Source of the DNA: a virus
Taxonomy: Duplodnaviria > Caudoviricetes
Virus record (IMG/VR): IMGVR_UViG_3300046832_000395
Coordinates: 1-30,283 of that record
Length of the DNA stretch: 30,283 bases
Strand: one strand, 5' to 3'
Part shown: positions 1 to 10,232 of the stretch, piece by piece
Numbering within the stretch: position 1 is the stretch's first letter
How the letters are laid out: every line of letters starts with the position of its first letter
The notes under the pieces: generated by a model
Databases searched by the model: none
Seen by the model: only the letters and a program-made list of their open reading frames with translations
What the model was told of the DNA's origin: nothing
Program-made: the position numbers and the translations under genes

Positions 1-84
1 GCAGAATTTGAAGACTGGGCTTTATACCATCCTAAAGATATTCAAAGACAAGAATTACAAAACTCCTTATACAACACTATATGA
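1..84 (+). CDS. 3' end of upstream gene, probably a glycosyltransferase (partial)
   Basis: Frame 1 is open (AEFEDWALYHPKDIQRQELQNSLYNTI*) and ends in an ATGA overlap with gmd; product inferred from context and recalled similarity to phage GT2 C-termini. Confidence 0.55.
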   Translation, partial: AEFEDWALYHPKDIQRQELQNSLYNTI

Positions 85-1064
85 GTAAAGTAGCATTAAT
101 TACTGGAATTAACGGTCAAGACGGATCATACTTAGCAGAGTTACTATTAGATAAAGGTTACGAAGTACACGGTATATTAAAGAGAAACTCGGTAGCTGAG
201 AATCAAACAGCGAGAATCAAAGTATACGATCAGATCAAAGATAATTTGACTTACGCAGATATGACTGACTTAGCATCTCTTAATAGAGTGCTAAGCAAAG
301 TACAACCAGACGAGATATACAACTTAGCCGCTCAATCGCACGTAAGAATATCTTTCGATCAACCAGTATACACCGCAAACACAGTGGCAATTGGAACTCT
401 TAATTTATTGGAAGCTACTCTATCTATGTGTAAGAATGCAAAGATATACCAAGCCTCTTCTTCGGAAATGTTTGGAAACTCTATAGACGAAGATAGATTT
501 CAAAGAGAGAATACACCGATGAATCCAGTATCGCCTTATGGTTGTGCTAAAGTATTTGGATACAATATAACAAGGAACTACAGAAACTCTTACGGCATGT
601 ATGTGTCTAACGGAATTCTATTTAACCACGAATCACCAAGAAGAGGCACTAACTTCGTAACAAACAAAGTGGTTAAAGAAGCAGTTAAAATATTCTACGG
701 TCAATCAACAGAATTAAGATTGGGCAACTTAGAAGCCACAAGAGATTGGGGTCATGCTAAAGATTACGTAGAAGCAATGTGGAGAATATTGCAATTAGAA
801 GAGCCTAACGATTTTGTTTGCGCTACTGGAATTTCCCACTCAGTTAAAGAACTATGCGAGTATGTATTCAGTAAGTTGGGTTTAAACTACGAAGACTACG
901 TAAAGTTAGACATGAAGTTTTTAAGACCTGAAGAGTTAACTGATTTAAAGGGAGATCCTACCAAATTAATGAAAGCTACAGGTTGGGTACCTACATACAC
1001 ATTCGAAACAATGCTTGACGAAATGATTGCGTATTGGAAGTACGAATTAAATAAAGTATTCTAA
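81..1064 (+). CDS. gmd: GDP-mannose 4,6-dehydratase
   Basis: ALITGINGQDGSYLAELLL, NLAAQSHV, YQASSSE, YGCAK, GILFNHESPRRG, RDWGHAKDYV motifs. Confidence 0.97.
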   Translation: MSKVALITGINGQDGSYLAELLLDKGYEVHGILKRNSVAENQTARIKVYDQIKDNLTYADMTDLASLNRVLSKVQPDEIYNLAAQSHVRISFDQPVYTANTVAIGTLNLLEATLSMCKNAKIYQASSSEMFGNSIDEDRFQRENTPMNPVSPYGCAKVFGYNITRNYRNSYGMYVSNGILFNHESPRRGTNFVTNKVVKEAVKIFYGQSTELRLGNLEATRDWGHAKDYVEAMWRILQLEEPNDFVCATGISHSVKELCEYVFSKLGLNYEDYVKLDMKFLRPEELTDLKGDPTKLMKATGWVPTYTFETMLDEMIAYWKYELNKVF

Positions 1065-1963
1065 TGATAAAAGTAATTACCGGAGGAACTGGATTAATAG
1101 GATCCGCTTTCGATGAAGGAGTTAAATTAACTTCTAAGAGAGATCTAAGAGATTACGATAAAGCAAAGTTTGCAATATCAATGTACAAGCCAGACGTAGT
1201 AATACATTGCGCTGCTAAAGTTGGTGGATTAGGAGCTAACATGGAATTTCCGGCTGATTTTTTCATGGACAACATTAGAATGAATACGAATGTGATTCAA
1301 GCTTGTCATGAATTAAAAGTGTCTAAGCTAGTATCTTTTTTATCTACGTGTGTATTTCCTGATAAAGTGGAATATCCATTGGACGAAACTAAAATAGAAT
1401 TAGGTCCTCCACACCCGTCAAACTTTGCTTACGCTTACGCTAAGAGAATGGCAGACGTACAGATCAGAGCATTTAATCAGCAATACGGTACACAATACTT
1501 TTCAGTGATTCCATGTAATGTATACGGACCAAGCGATAACTATAGTTTAGAAGTTGGTCACGTTATTCCAATGTTAATTCACAAGTGCTATCTTGCCAAA
1601 AAAAATAGAAAGACATTCGAAGTATGGGGTGATGGTACTCCACTTAGAGAATTTGTTTATTCAAAAGATGTAGCAAACATAGTGGATCTACTTATCCAGA
1701 AATACACAGGGACTGAACCAGTGATCATATCAAATCCAACTGAGTATTCTATTAAGCAAGTAGTAGACCTAATTGTGGAGCACATGGACTTCAAGGGCAA
1801 AGTAAAGTGGTTGACAGACAAGCCAAATGGTCAACACAGAAAACCATCTTCTAACGCCAAACTTTTATCTATAATAGGCGAATATAATTTCACCACTTTG
1901 GAGAAAGGTTTAAAAGAATCAATAGAATGGTTTATATTAAATTATCCAAAAGTTAGAAAGTAA
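1064..1963 (+). CDS. fcl: GDP-L-fucose synthase (Fcl/WcaG/ColC family epimerase-reductase)
   Basis: GGTGLIG, AAKVGGLGAN, STCVFP (catalytic Cys), YAYAK, NVYGP, HVIP (catalytic His), WGDGTPLREF; follows gmd. Confidence 0.93.
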   Translation: MIKVITGGTGLIGSAFDEGVKLTSKRDLRDYDKAKFAISMYKPDVVIHCAAKVGGLGANMEFPADFFMDNIRMNTNVIQACHELKVSKLVSFLSTCVFPDKVEYPLDETKIELGPPHPSNFAYAYAKRMADVQIRAFNQQYGTQYFSVIPCNVYGPSDNYSLEVGHVIPMLIHKCYLAKKNRKTFEVWGDGTPLREFVYSKDVANIVDLLIQKYTGTEPVIISNPTEYSIKQVVDLIVEHMDFKGKVKWLTDKPNGQHRKPSSNAKLLSIIGEYNFTTLEKGLKESIEWFILNYPKVRK

Positions 1964-2634
1964 TGACAAGAGAAGTAGTTATAGCGGCATACGACAAATA
2001 CTTGGATTGGTTAGATAAAATCAATTCAGATATTAAAGTTACTGTTTATAGAAAAGGAGACGAAGAAAAACAAAGACAAGACGAGATTAAATTAGAACCT
2101 AATAAAGGTAGATGCGTACACACGTTCTTTAATCACATATACACTAACTACGACAACCTATCTGACATTACTTTCTTTGGTCAAGATTGGCCTTTCGATC
2201 ATTGGGAAAATATTGTAGAAGTTGTAAACAATGGTACTGAAAACCTTAGATATCAATTAAAAATAGGCGGCTATTACGGATTTCATTTCAATACCATAAC
2301 AGTTCCATCTCCTTTAGGCGGCACAATGTGGGCATTGAGTCCATCTAAACAACACGGAGACGGCAATGTATTAGTTTGTCAAAGCAACGGATATCCACAA
2401 GATTCTAATCCAAATATAAACGTAGACAAATACTGGGATTTATTATTTACTGATGAAAAACCTGCTGAATACGAGTTCATACCTGGTGGACATTTCGGAA
2501 TTACAAAAGAACACGCACAATTAAGATCAAAAGAATTTTATAAAAAAGTATGCGATTTATTACTAGAAGATGAGTCAGCACCTTGGATGATAGAAAGATT
2601 AGAATGTTACATATTCAACCCAAACATAAAATGA
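1963..2634 (+). CDS. DUF3431-like putative glycosyltransferase-associated protein
   Basis: VVIAAY, NKGR, HIYTNYDNLSDITFF, QDWPFDH, RSKEFY, IER pattern. Confidence 0.7.
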   Translation: MTREVVIAAYDKYLDWLDKINSDIKVTVYRKGDEEKQRQDEIKLEPNKGRCVHTFFNHIYTNYDNLSDITFFGQDWPFDHWENIVEVVNNGTENLRYQLKIGGYYGFHFNTITVPSPLGGTMWALSPSKQHGDGNVLVCQSNGYPQDSNPNINVDKYWDLLFTDEKPAEYEFIPGGHFGITKEHAQLRSKEFYKKVCDLLLEDESAPWMIERLECYIFNPNIK

Positions 2635-3917
2635 TTAAACTAGAAAATATACAAGAGTTAGTTGGTAACCACGTAGCTCCTTACATTTACAATGCTAAGA
2701 ACTTTACACCAGGTAAAACACCAATCTACTACTCGGGTCCTTATTGGGATAATAAAGAGACCGAAGCGGCAATAGAAAGTTTCTTAAACGGTAAGTGGAT
2801 TACTACTGGTGAAAAGGTTTACAAGTTTGAAAACCAATTCAGTAAGAGATTCAACGTTAAGCACTCGCACATGGTAAATTCAGGTAGCTCTGCTAACTTG
2901 GTATTGATCGCTGCGTTAAAGAAGAGATTTAATTGGGCAGATGATGACGAAATCATTGTGTCTCCGGTTGGATTCGCTACTACAGTATCGGTATTGTATC
3001 AACACAGATTGAAACCTGTATTCGTTGATATAGAATGGGATACACTTAACTTTGATTTAGATCAAGTAGAAGCCAAGATAACAGATAAAACAAGAGGTAT
3101 ATTCATATCACCAGTATTGGGTAACCCTCCAGACATGGATAGATTGATTGTAATGGCTGAGAAGTATAATATAAAATTGATTGGAGATAATTGCGATAGT
3201 TTGGGATCTAAGTGGAATGGTAAGTTTTTAAGCGAATACTACGTAGCGTTCTCTAATTCATTTTATCCTGCACATCACATCTCAACAGGTGAAGGCGGAA
3301 TGATTTGTACTAACGACGATGAGTTGAAGAAACTATTCGTGAGTATTAGTTGGTGGGGTAGAGATTGCTATTGCATAGGATCTGCTAACTTATTGCCTTG
3401 CGGTACATGCGGAAATAGATTTGATAAGTGGTTAGATAACTACGATGGCGTTATCGATCACAAGTATGTATTCTCTCAAATGGGCTACAACTTAAAACCA
3501 TTAGATTTACAAGGGGCAATTGGATTGGAACAGTTAATTAAGCTAGACGAAATGGAAGCAAAGAGAAGATCTGCTAAAGCAAGACTAACAAAAATATTTA
3601 CAGACAACATTCCAAATTTAAGATCACCATCTAAATTAGAACAAGCTGATCCTTGTTGGTTCGGTACTCCATTTATATGCGACGAAGACGGATTAAAACA
3701 CAGATTAGTAGCATTCTTAGAAGAGAACAAGATTCAAACAAGAAACTATTTCGCAGGAAATATCTTAATGCATCCAGGCTATGCATTCTTGGACGATTAT
3801 AAGAATTATCCAGAAGCAAACAAAGTATTAGACAAAGTATTCTTTATTGGTGCAGCGCCTCACTATACCGATCAAGTATTTGAATACATTGAAGAAGTAA
3901 TAAAAAAGTTTAAATAA
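2631..3917 (+). CDS. rfbH: RfbH/DdhC (E1)-type PMP/[2Fe-2S] NDP-4-keto-6-deoxyhexose 3-dehydratase (DegT/DnrJ fold)
   Basis: VNSGSSANL, LGNP, DNCDSLG, SFYPAHHISTGEGG (His replacing PLP-Lys), WGRDCYC..TCGNRF, DHKY, GYNLKP; start moved to ATG 2631 (ATGA overlap). Confidence 0.88.
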   Translation: MIKLENIQELVGNHVAPYIYNAKNFTPGKTPIYYSGPYWDNKETEAAIESFLNGKWITTGEKVYKFENQFSKRFNVKHSHMVNSGSSANLVLIAALKKRFNWADDDEIIVSPVGFATTVSVLYQHRLKPVFVDIEWDTLNFDLDQVEAKITDKTRGIFISPVLGNPPDMDRLIVMAEKYNIKLIGDNCDSLGSKWNGKFLSEYYVAFSNSFYPAHHISTGEGGMICTNDDELKKLFVSISWWGRDCYCIGSANLLPCGTCGNRFDKWLDNYDGVIDHKYVFSQMGYNLKPLDLQGAIGLEQLIKLDEMEAKRRSAKARLTKIFTDNIPNLRSPSKLEQADPCWFGTPFICDEDGLKHRLVAFLEENKIQTRNYFAGNILMHPGYAFLDDYKNYPEANKVLDKVFFIGAAPHYTDQVFEYIEEVIKKFK

Positions 3918-4732
3918 TGATATCGATATTTGGAGGAACTGGATTTATAGGATCAAAATTCTATAAAAAATATAAAGAAGATTCAGTAGTAATACCAAGA
4001 GAAGAAGTACAACCTAGATCTAATAGAGTGTTGTATTTGATTAGCACGGTAGATAACTATAATGTGTTAGAAAACCCATTCGTTGATATAGAAACTAATC
4101 TTATTCACTTGATGAAAGTATTAGAGAACTGCAAATACAAAGACATTCATTTTACTTTCGTAAGTTCTTGGTTTGTTTATGGAGAAACACATCTACCAGC
4201 TAGAGAATCTTCTCCTTGTAAACCAAAAGGATTTTATTCAATAACTAAATTAGCCGCTGAGCAATTAATAAAATCTTATTGCAAGACTTTCAATATAAGA
4301 TATAACATAGTACGATTAGGAAATGTAATTGGAAAAGGAGATGGTAAAGCTTCGAAAAAAAAGAATGCATTACAGTTTCTTATTGACGAAATGAAAGCTG
4401 ATAGAGATATCAACTTATACAACAACGGAGAATTCTATAGAGACTTCGTACACGTTGACGATGTAGTTGCGGGCATTAAGTTCGTTATGGATCGTGGAGA
4501 AAGCGGAGAGATATACAATTTAGGATCAGCAAGAAAGCCAACACTATTCAAAGATATTATCGCTTACGCAAAACAAGAAATCGGATCTAATAGTAATATA
4601 GGAACCATGGAAGCATCAGACTTTCATAAGATAGTACAAGTAGAGTCTATGTATTTGGATTCAAGTAAATTAGGATCATTAGGATTTTTTCCATCTATAG
4701 GAGTTTACGAAGCAGTTAAACAAATGATATGA
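3917..4732 (+). CDS. NAD-dependent epimerase/reductase (extended SDR), possible dideoxyhexose 4-reductase
   Basis: GGTGFIG, VSSWFVYG, YSITK, RLGNVIG, RDFVHVDDV, GEIYNLGS; directly after E1. Confidence 0.85.
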   Translation: MISIFGGTGFIGSKFYKKYKEDSVVIPREEVQPRSNRVLYLISTVDNYNVLENPFVDIETNLIHLMKVLENCKYKDIHFTFVSSWFVYGETHLPARESSPCKPKGFYSITKLAAEQLIKSYCKTFNIRYNIVRLGNVIGKGDGKASKKKNALQFLIDEMKADRDINLYNNGEFYRDFVHVDDVVAGIKFVMDRGESGEIYNLGSARKPTLFKDIIAYAKQEIGSNSNIGTMEASDFHKIVQVESMYLDSSKLGSLGFFPSIGVYEAVKQMI

Positions 4733-5565
4733 TAAGTTATAAAAAGATAGGACATTTTGGCAGATTAGGAAATCAGATGTTTCAATTTGCTTCCACTGTA
4801 GGCGTTGCTAATAAAGTTGGACACAGCGTAGCATTTCCTATAGAGAATATCACAGTACCTAGCGTAGAGCACTTTAAAGACGGAGTTAGAAGAGAAGTCT
4901 ATTTTGATTTACCTAAGTATTTCGACAATGTTAAGTTGACGTTAAAATCAGAATCTGAAATACAAACGTTACACGTAGCACAAGAACCGTACTTCCATTT
5001 CTGTCAAGATCTATTTAGAGTTCCAGATCAGACCAATTTAATGGGTTATTTTCAAACAGAAAAGTACTTTGAACACTGTAGCGAAACAATACGAGAATTC
5101 TTTGAATTCAATTCAGAAACAAAAAAGAAAGCTGAGTCCTCATTTCCAGTATTCCCTATGCAATTAGAATTCGTATCAGTGCATTTAAGAAAAGGAGATT
5201 ATGCGGGTCTTCAACAATTTCACCCCATAATGGATGCCGATTATTACTTCAATGCAATGACTCATTTTATGGACGATAACTACTGCTTCTTAGTATTCTC
5301 TGACGATATAGAATATGCCAAAGAATTATTCGGAGATCAAGAGAACATTGTTTACATCGAAGGAAACGATCCTGATGTGGATATGTGTATGATGAGTATG
5401 TGCCATCACAACGTAATAGCCAATAGTAGTTTCAGTTGGTGGGGTGCGTGGTTAAACCAAAACCCTAATAAAAGAGTCGTAGCTCCAAAGAAATGGTTCG
5501 GACCTGCATACAATGGCGTTCACGATACAAAAGACTTATACCCTCAATCATGGATAAAAGCGTAA
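4729..5565 (+). CDS. GT11 alpha-1,2-fucosyltransferase-like
   Basis: GRLGNQMFQ, GYFQTEKYF, VHLRKGDY, FSDD, ANSSFSWWGAWL, APKKWF. Confidence 0.93.
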   Translation: MISYKKIGHFGRLGNQMFQFASTVGVANKVGHSVAFPIENITVPSVEHFKDGVRREVYFDLPKYFDNVKLTLKSESEIQTLHVAQEPYFHFCQDLFRVPDQTNLMGYFQTEKYFEHCSETIREFFEFNSETKKKAESSFPVFPMQLEFVSVHLRKGDYAGLQQFHPIMDADYYFNAMTHFMDDNYCFLVFSDDIEYAKELFGDQENIVYIEGNDPDVDMCMMSMCHHNVIANSSFSWWGAWLNQNPNKRVVAPKKWFGPAYNGVHDTKDLYPQSWIKA

Positions 5566-6266
5566 TACCTTTTTTTAGTGTTGCTATCCCCACATGGGGA
5601 ATTCAAGGTAAAGGAGTTGAATACTTAGAACACTCATTTAACATATTAGCGCAACAGAGCTTCACAGATTACGAAGTAGTTATATCAGATCATAGCGAGG
5701 ACGATGACATAAAGAACCTATGCAATTCTTGGAGTTCAATGATGGATATTAAGTACCTCAGAAATTCTAACGGTAGAGGCAAGATAGCGCCGAACATGAA
5801 TAACGCTATTGAACATTCAAGCGGTCTATTTATCAAGATGTTATTTCAAGACGATTTCTTATACGACACAGATTCCCTTCAAATAATATATGACAGCATC
5901 GCGGAGAATCAAGATAAAGATTGGTTTATTACAGCGTGCGTACATACCGATGATTGTGTAACCATGTACGATAGAATGACACCGTACTATCATGATCGCA
6001 TATACGCTGGAGTTAATACTATAAGTTGTCCATCAGTATTAACGATTAGAAACGAATACACAAAACCAAAATTTGATGAGACATTGAATTGGTTAGTGGA
6101 TGTAGAATATTATAAGAGATTACACATGTTATATGGAGATCCCGTTGTTATAGATGTGGTGTGTGCAGTAAATAGAAACGCAGAAGTCAGAACAACTAAT
6201 ATGATGACTGAGAAACAAAAACAAGAAGAGATATCACGAGTAATAAGAAGATATGAAACTAAATAA
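5550..6266 (+). CDS. GT2 glycosyltransferase
   Basis: FSVAIPTW, QQSFTDYEVVISDHS, NMNNAI, LFQDD, FDETL, VDVEYY; probable start ATG 5550. Confidence 0.88.
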   Translation: MDKSVIPFFSVAIPTWGIQGKGVEYLEHSFNILAQQSFTDYEVVISDHSEDDDIKNLCNSWSSMMDIKYLRNSNGRGKIAPNMNNAIEHSSGLFIKMLFQDDFLYDTDSLQIIYDSIAENQDKDWFITACVHTDDCVTMYDRMTPYYHDRIYAGVNTISCPSVLTIRNEYTKPKFDETLNWLVDVEYYKRLHMLYGDPVVIDVVCAVNRNAEVRTTNMMTEKQKQEEISRVIRRYETK

Positions 6267-6909
6267 CGTAACCATTGCTGCTGTAGCAGGCACTAAAGCT
6301 ATCGAAACTTTAAAGGCTATTAAGTATAGTATGAGAGAGTTAGAGTTTGACCGTGCTATCCTAATTACTCCTGAAGATATACAAGACGATCAAGTAGAGA
6401 TTATCAAATGCGAACCATTAAACTACGAACAATACAATCACTTCATAGTTTATAGATTACACGAGTACATTAACACAACACACTGCTTATTAGTTCAGAA
6501 TGACGGGTACGTGGTTAATCCTTGGAATTGGAAGGAAGAGTGGATGCAATACGATTATATAGGCGCTTTATGGCCACTACCGCAAGATGATTTCTCTTTC
6601 AGAGATCAAGACGGCAATATACAAAGAATGGGTAATGGAGGATTCACACTAAGAAGTAAAAAGTTATTATGTGTGGCAAAAGATTTAGATTTAGAATGGA
6701 AACAGTATTATGGATTCTATCATGAAGATGGATTCTTTTGCTGTCACCATAGAAAAACTTATGAATCAGAAGGATGTAAGTTTGCTCCAATAGAAGTGGC
6801 AGCTGAGTTCAGTCATGAAACTATGGTAGAAGAAAACTATGGAAACATACCATTTGGATTTCATGGCAGAAACAATTATTATTATCAAGTAACACAAAAA
6901 AGTTTATAA
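6253..6909 (+). CDS. DUF5672-like putative glycosyltransferase
   Basis: LLVQNDG, YDYIGALW, GNGGFTLRSK, EDGFF, FSHE, PFGFH. Confidence 0.8.
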   Translation: MKLNNVTIAAVAGTKAIETLKAIKYSMRELEFDRAILITPEDIQDDQVEIIKCEPLNYEQYNHFIVYRLHEYINTTHCLLVQNDGYVVNPWNWKEEWMQYDYIGALWPLPQDDFSFRDQDGNIQRMGNGGFTLRSKKLLCVAKDLDLEWKQYYGFYHEDGFFCCHHRKTYESEGCKFAPIEVAAEFSHETMVEENYGNIPFGFHGRNNYYYQVTQKSL

Positions 6910-7484
6910 TGAGCAATCAAGAAAGATTAGAACAGCTGTTTAATACTCCACGCATGGGTCACGCAGCATTAGAACCTCACAATAGTGTAAGAGGTTTACA
7001 CGAATTAATACAGCATTACTTTAAACCAGAGTTTATAATAGCAGAGATTGGATCTTTTCAAGGAGTTTCAACTATGCTATTTGCAATGCATGTTCAAAAA
7101 GTATATAGCGTAGACTGTTACGATTATGTAGTGCCTGAATCAGGAAGAATTCCATCTCATGATCAATTGTTTGTTGATGCTGAGAAGTTGTTTTTAGAGC
7201 GTACATCAGATATTAAAAACATTATTAAAGTTAGAAAGTCTAGTGTTGATGCAGCAAAAGAATTTGAAGACAGAACATTAGATGCAGTGTATGTAGATGC
7301 TGAACACGATCCTATCAGTGTTAGATCTGATATAAACGCATGGAGAAATAAGATTAAAGTAGGAGGTATTTTATGTGGACACGATTTCTATCTACCACAT
7401 ATCTACACTATTTTACACGAAGAAGGATTAATCAACGAATTGTATACATATCCAGACAGTTCATGGTCTGTAATAATTAAATAG
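6909..7484 (+). CDS. Class I SAM-dependent methyltransferase (Methyltransf_24-like), probable sugar O-methyltransferase
   Basis: EIGSFQGVST, VYVDAEH, GGILCGHD; inside glycan operon. Confidence 0.85.
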   Translation: MSNQERLEQLFNTPRMGHAALEPHNSVRGLHELIQHYFKPEFIIAEIGSFQGVSTMLFAMHVQKVYSVDCYDYVVPESGRIPSHDQLFVDAEKLFLERTSDIKNIIKVRKSSVDAAKEFEDRTLDAVYVDAEHDPISVRSDINAWRNKIKVGGILCGHDFYLPHIYTILHEEGLINELYTYPDSSWSVIIK

Positions 7485-7485
7485 T

Positions 7486-8481
7486 ATGAAAGTATTAATA
7501 ACAGGAGTAGCAGGTTTATTAGGTTCAAGACTTGCAGATTGGATAATAGAAAATAAACCAGAAGTAGAGGTAGTAGGTATCGACGATTTATCAGGAGGCT
7601 ATTTAGAGAATGTAAACCCAAAGGTTAAATTCTGGCAGATGAATCTAGTAGAACATCCTATTGAGAATTGTTTTGCTACCAACGAATTTGACTATGTATT
7701 CCACTTCGCAGCTTACGCAGCAGAAGGTTTAAGCCCATTCATTAGAAGGTACAACTACGATAACAACTTAGTAGCAACAGCAAGAGTGGTAAATAATTGT
7801 ATTAAGTACGATGTGAAGAGATTGATATTTACTTCTACGTTAGCTGTATACGGTCATGGTTACGGTGGCATATTCGATGAAACACAAGTGCCTAAGCCAA
7901 TAGATCCATACGGTGTGGCTAAGTATGCTTGCGAGATGGACATTCAAATTGCAGGCGAACAACACGATTTAGATTGGTGTATCATTAGACCTCACAATGT
8001 ATACGGTCGTAAGCAAAATATATGGGACAAATATCGTAATGTGTTGGGTATTTGGATGTATCAACAAATGAATGGAGAACCAATGACAATATTCGGAGAC
8101 GGTACACAAACAAGAGCATTCAGTTGTATTGACGATATAGTTGAACCATTATGGAATTCAGCTGTAGAACCAAGATCATCTAAAGAAATTATCAATTTAG
8201 GTGGAGTTGAAGAGTGGAGTATCAACGATGCGAATAAAGTACTAAGAGACATAATCAAGTACGGAGCAGAGTATCAATACAAAGAAGGAAGACACGAAGT
8301 AAAGCATTCGATTCCTACATATCAGAAATCAGAAGATATCCTTGGATTTAAACATAAGACTACATTAGAAGAAGGATTATACGATATGTGGTTATGGGCT
8401 CAACGTCAACCAAATAGAGAGAGATTCGTTTGGCCTTCATACGAATTAGACAAAGGCATTTATTCATTTTGGAAAAAGTAA
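7486..8481 (+). CDS. NAD-dependent sugar epimerase/dehydratase (UDP-hexose 4-epimerase-like)
   Basis: VLITGVAGLLG, IDDLSGG, HFAAYAAEGLS, FTST, YGVAK, RPHNVYG, FGDGTQTRAF. Confidence 0.9.
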   Translation: MKVLITGVAGLLGSRLADWIIENKPEVEVVGIDDLSGGYLENVNPKVKFWQMNLVEHPIENCFATNEFDYVFHFAAYAAEGLSPFIRRYNYDNNLVATARVVNNCIKYDVKRLIFTSTLAVYGHGYGGIFDETQVPKPIDPYGVAKYACEMDIQIAGEQHDLDWCIIRPHNVYGRKQNIWDKYRNVLGIWMYQQMNGEPMTIFGDGTQTRAFSCIDDIVEPLWNSAVEPRSSKEIINLGGVEEWSINDANKVLRDIIKYGAEYQYKEGRHEVKHSIPTYQKSEDILGFKHKTTLEEGLYDMWLWAQRQPNRERFVWPSYELDKGIYSFWKK

Positions 8482-8482
8482 T

Positions 8483-9376
8483 ATGATATACACGGAATTC
8501 ATGTACGGTCAAGGTTTCGGTAACCAACTTGCAGTCTATGTAACTACTAGAGCTATAGCCAAAAGAAATGGTTACGAGTTCGGTTATACTGGATTGGAAA
8601 ACTTTGGAGATAGAAGATACAACGATAAAGGTGTATACTTTATGGATATAGATTTGGGTACACAAGTACCTGAACATGAGTATAACATGTACACAGAAAA
8701 AGAAAAAAGAATAAAGCTAGATCATTCAGAGCATGATCGTACTCACGGTTGTGATATAAGATTAATAGACCAAGATTTATTGAACGTAGCTGACGATACT
8801 AGAATCATGGGTATCATGCAAGGCGAAGATTATTTTTGGGATAATAGAGAAGAAGTTAAAGACTGGTTAAAAATAAAACCGGAGTTTGATTGCACTGATT
8901 TTAGAAGCGACGATATATGCGTATTGAATATCAGAGACTACGAAGCAGATAAAACATTATTCTTATCAAGAGATTATTGGATTAGAGCGATCTATCACAT
9001 GCTTAGTTTAAATCCTAATATGCAGTTCTTAATCATAACAGAGAATCCTGATATGGCGAAGAGATTATTACCTGAATTAGCAGACAACGTATATCACTTT
9101 GATTTAGCTAAAGACTATTCTATTGTTAAGAATGCAAAATGGTTAATCATATCAAATTCAAGCTTTGCTTATTTTCCAGCATTTTGTAGTGATGCTCATC
9201 TAATTATAGCACCGAAGTATTGGTCTAGACACAACGTATCTGATGGATATTGGAGTTGCGGTTATAATATATCTCGTAAGTTTACATACATGGATAGACA
9301 AGGTCAATTACAATCTTATACAGATGTAGCTAGAGAATTTGAATTATATAAAAAAGAAAGCAAGATATATGGCTAG
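8483..9376 (+). CDS. Divergent GT11-like glycosyltransferase
   Basis: GQGFGNQL, MQGEDYF, ISNSSFAYFPA, IAPKYW; HxRxxD degenerate (NIRDY). Confidence 0.75.
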   Translation: MIYTEFMYGQGFGNQLAVYVTTRAIAKRNGYEFGYTGLENFGDRRYNDKGVYFMDIDLGTQVPEHEYNMYTEKEKRIKLDHSEHDRTHGCDIRLIDQDLLNVADDTRIMGIMQGEDYFWDNREEVKDWLKIKPEFDCTDFRSDDICVLNIRDYEADKTLFLSRDYWIRAIYHMLSLNPNMQFLIITENPDMAKRLLPELADNVYHFDLAKDYSIVKNAKWLIISNSSFAYFPAFCSDAHLIIAPKYWSRHNVSDGYWSCGYNISRKFTYMDRQGQLQSYTDVAREFELYKKESKIYG

Positions 9377-10232
9377 AGTATTTGATGTGTTTACATTCTT
9401 TAATGAATTGGATTTATTAGAACTAAGATTAGAGATGTTAGATCCATACGTAGATCAATTCGTATTGATAGAATGCGTAGAGACTTTCTCAGGTAAACAG
9501 AAGCCGTTGCACTTCATGAATAACAAAGAGAGGTTCTCAAAGTATTTACATAAAATATACCATCATGTAACTTATGATCCACCAAAATCATTCGACGATT
9601 TACAACAAAGAATAACGAATCCTAATATAGATAAAGATGTTAAGCAAGTTTGTATACAAGCTTTAACTAGTTCTAACGTGCCTAAAGGAGAATTACACTG
9701 GCTAAAAGAATTCTATCAAAAAGAAACTATAAGATTTGCTATAGAAAATGCTGGAGCAGAGAAAGACGATCTAATATTTGTTACAGATTTAGACGAGATA
9801 TGGAATCCAGAGTTAGACTATACACAAATAGAAAACGATAAGATATACAAGTTAAAACAACTGGCATATTCAGGTTACATGAACATAAGATCTTCAGAAG
9901 ATTGGGCCGGTACATTATTAACCAGATATACAAATATAGATGGAGCTTGTTTAAACCATCTTAGAACTCCATCAAAAACTAAGTACGAGTACGTTAACAA
10001 TGCGGGTTGGCACTTCACATTTATGGGAGGAGAGAAACAAGTTAAGATGAAATTAGAAGCTTACGGTCACCAAGAGTACAACAACGATTCTGTTAAGGAT
10101 AGAGTCAAAGATTTACTAGCAAACGGTCAAGACGTTTTAGGCAGAACCAATTTTAAATTTTGGTTGGACGAATCTCAATTACCAAAGTATCTACTAGATA
10201 ACAAACAAAAGTATAAAAAATTTTTTAGATGA
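9369..10232 (+). CDS. GT17-like (GnT-III family) glycosyltransferase
   Basis: FDVFTFFNELDLLELRL, VDQFVLIE, TFSGKQKPLHF, DLDEIW, GWHFTF; probable start ATG 9369. Confidence 0.85.
   Translation: MARVFDVFTFFNELDLLELRLEMLDPYVDQFVLIECVETFSGKQKPLHFMNNKERFSKYLHKIYHHVTYDPPKSFDDLQQRITNPNIDKDVKQVCIQALTSSNVPKGELHWLKEFYQKETIRFAIENAGAEKDDLIFVTDLDEIWNPELDYTQIENDKIYKLKQLAYSGYMNIRSSEDWAGTLLTRYTNIDGACLNHLRTPSKTKYEYVNNAGWHFTFMGGEKQVKMKLEAYGHQEYNNDSVKDRVKDLLANGQDVLGRTNFKFWLDESQLPKYLLDNKQKYKKFFR

Noticed and set aside
6600-7484. Possible codon-usage shift suggesting recent acquisition of the methyltransferase region
   Set aside because: Only a visual impression of more T-ending codons; cannot be supported without counting
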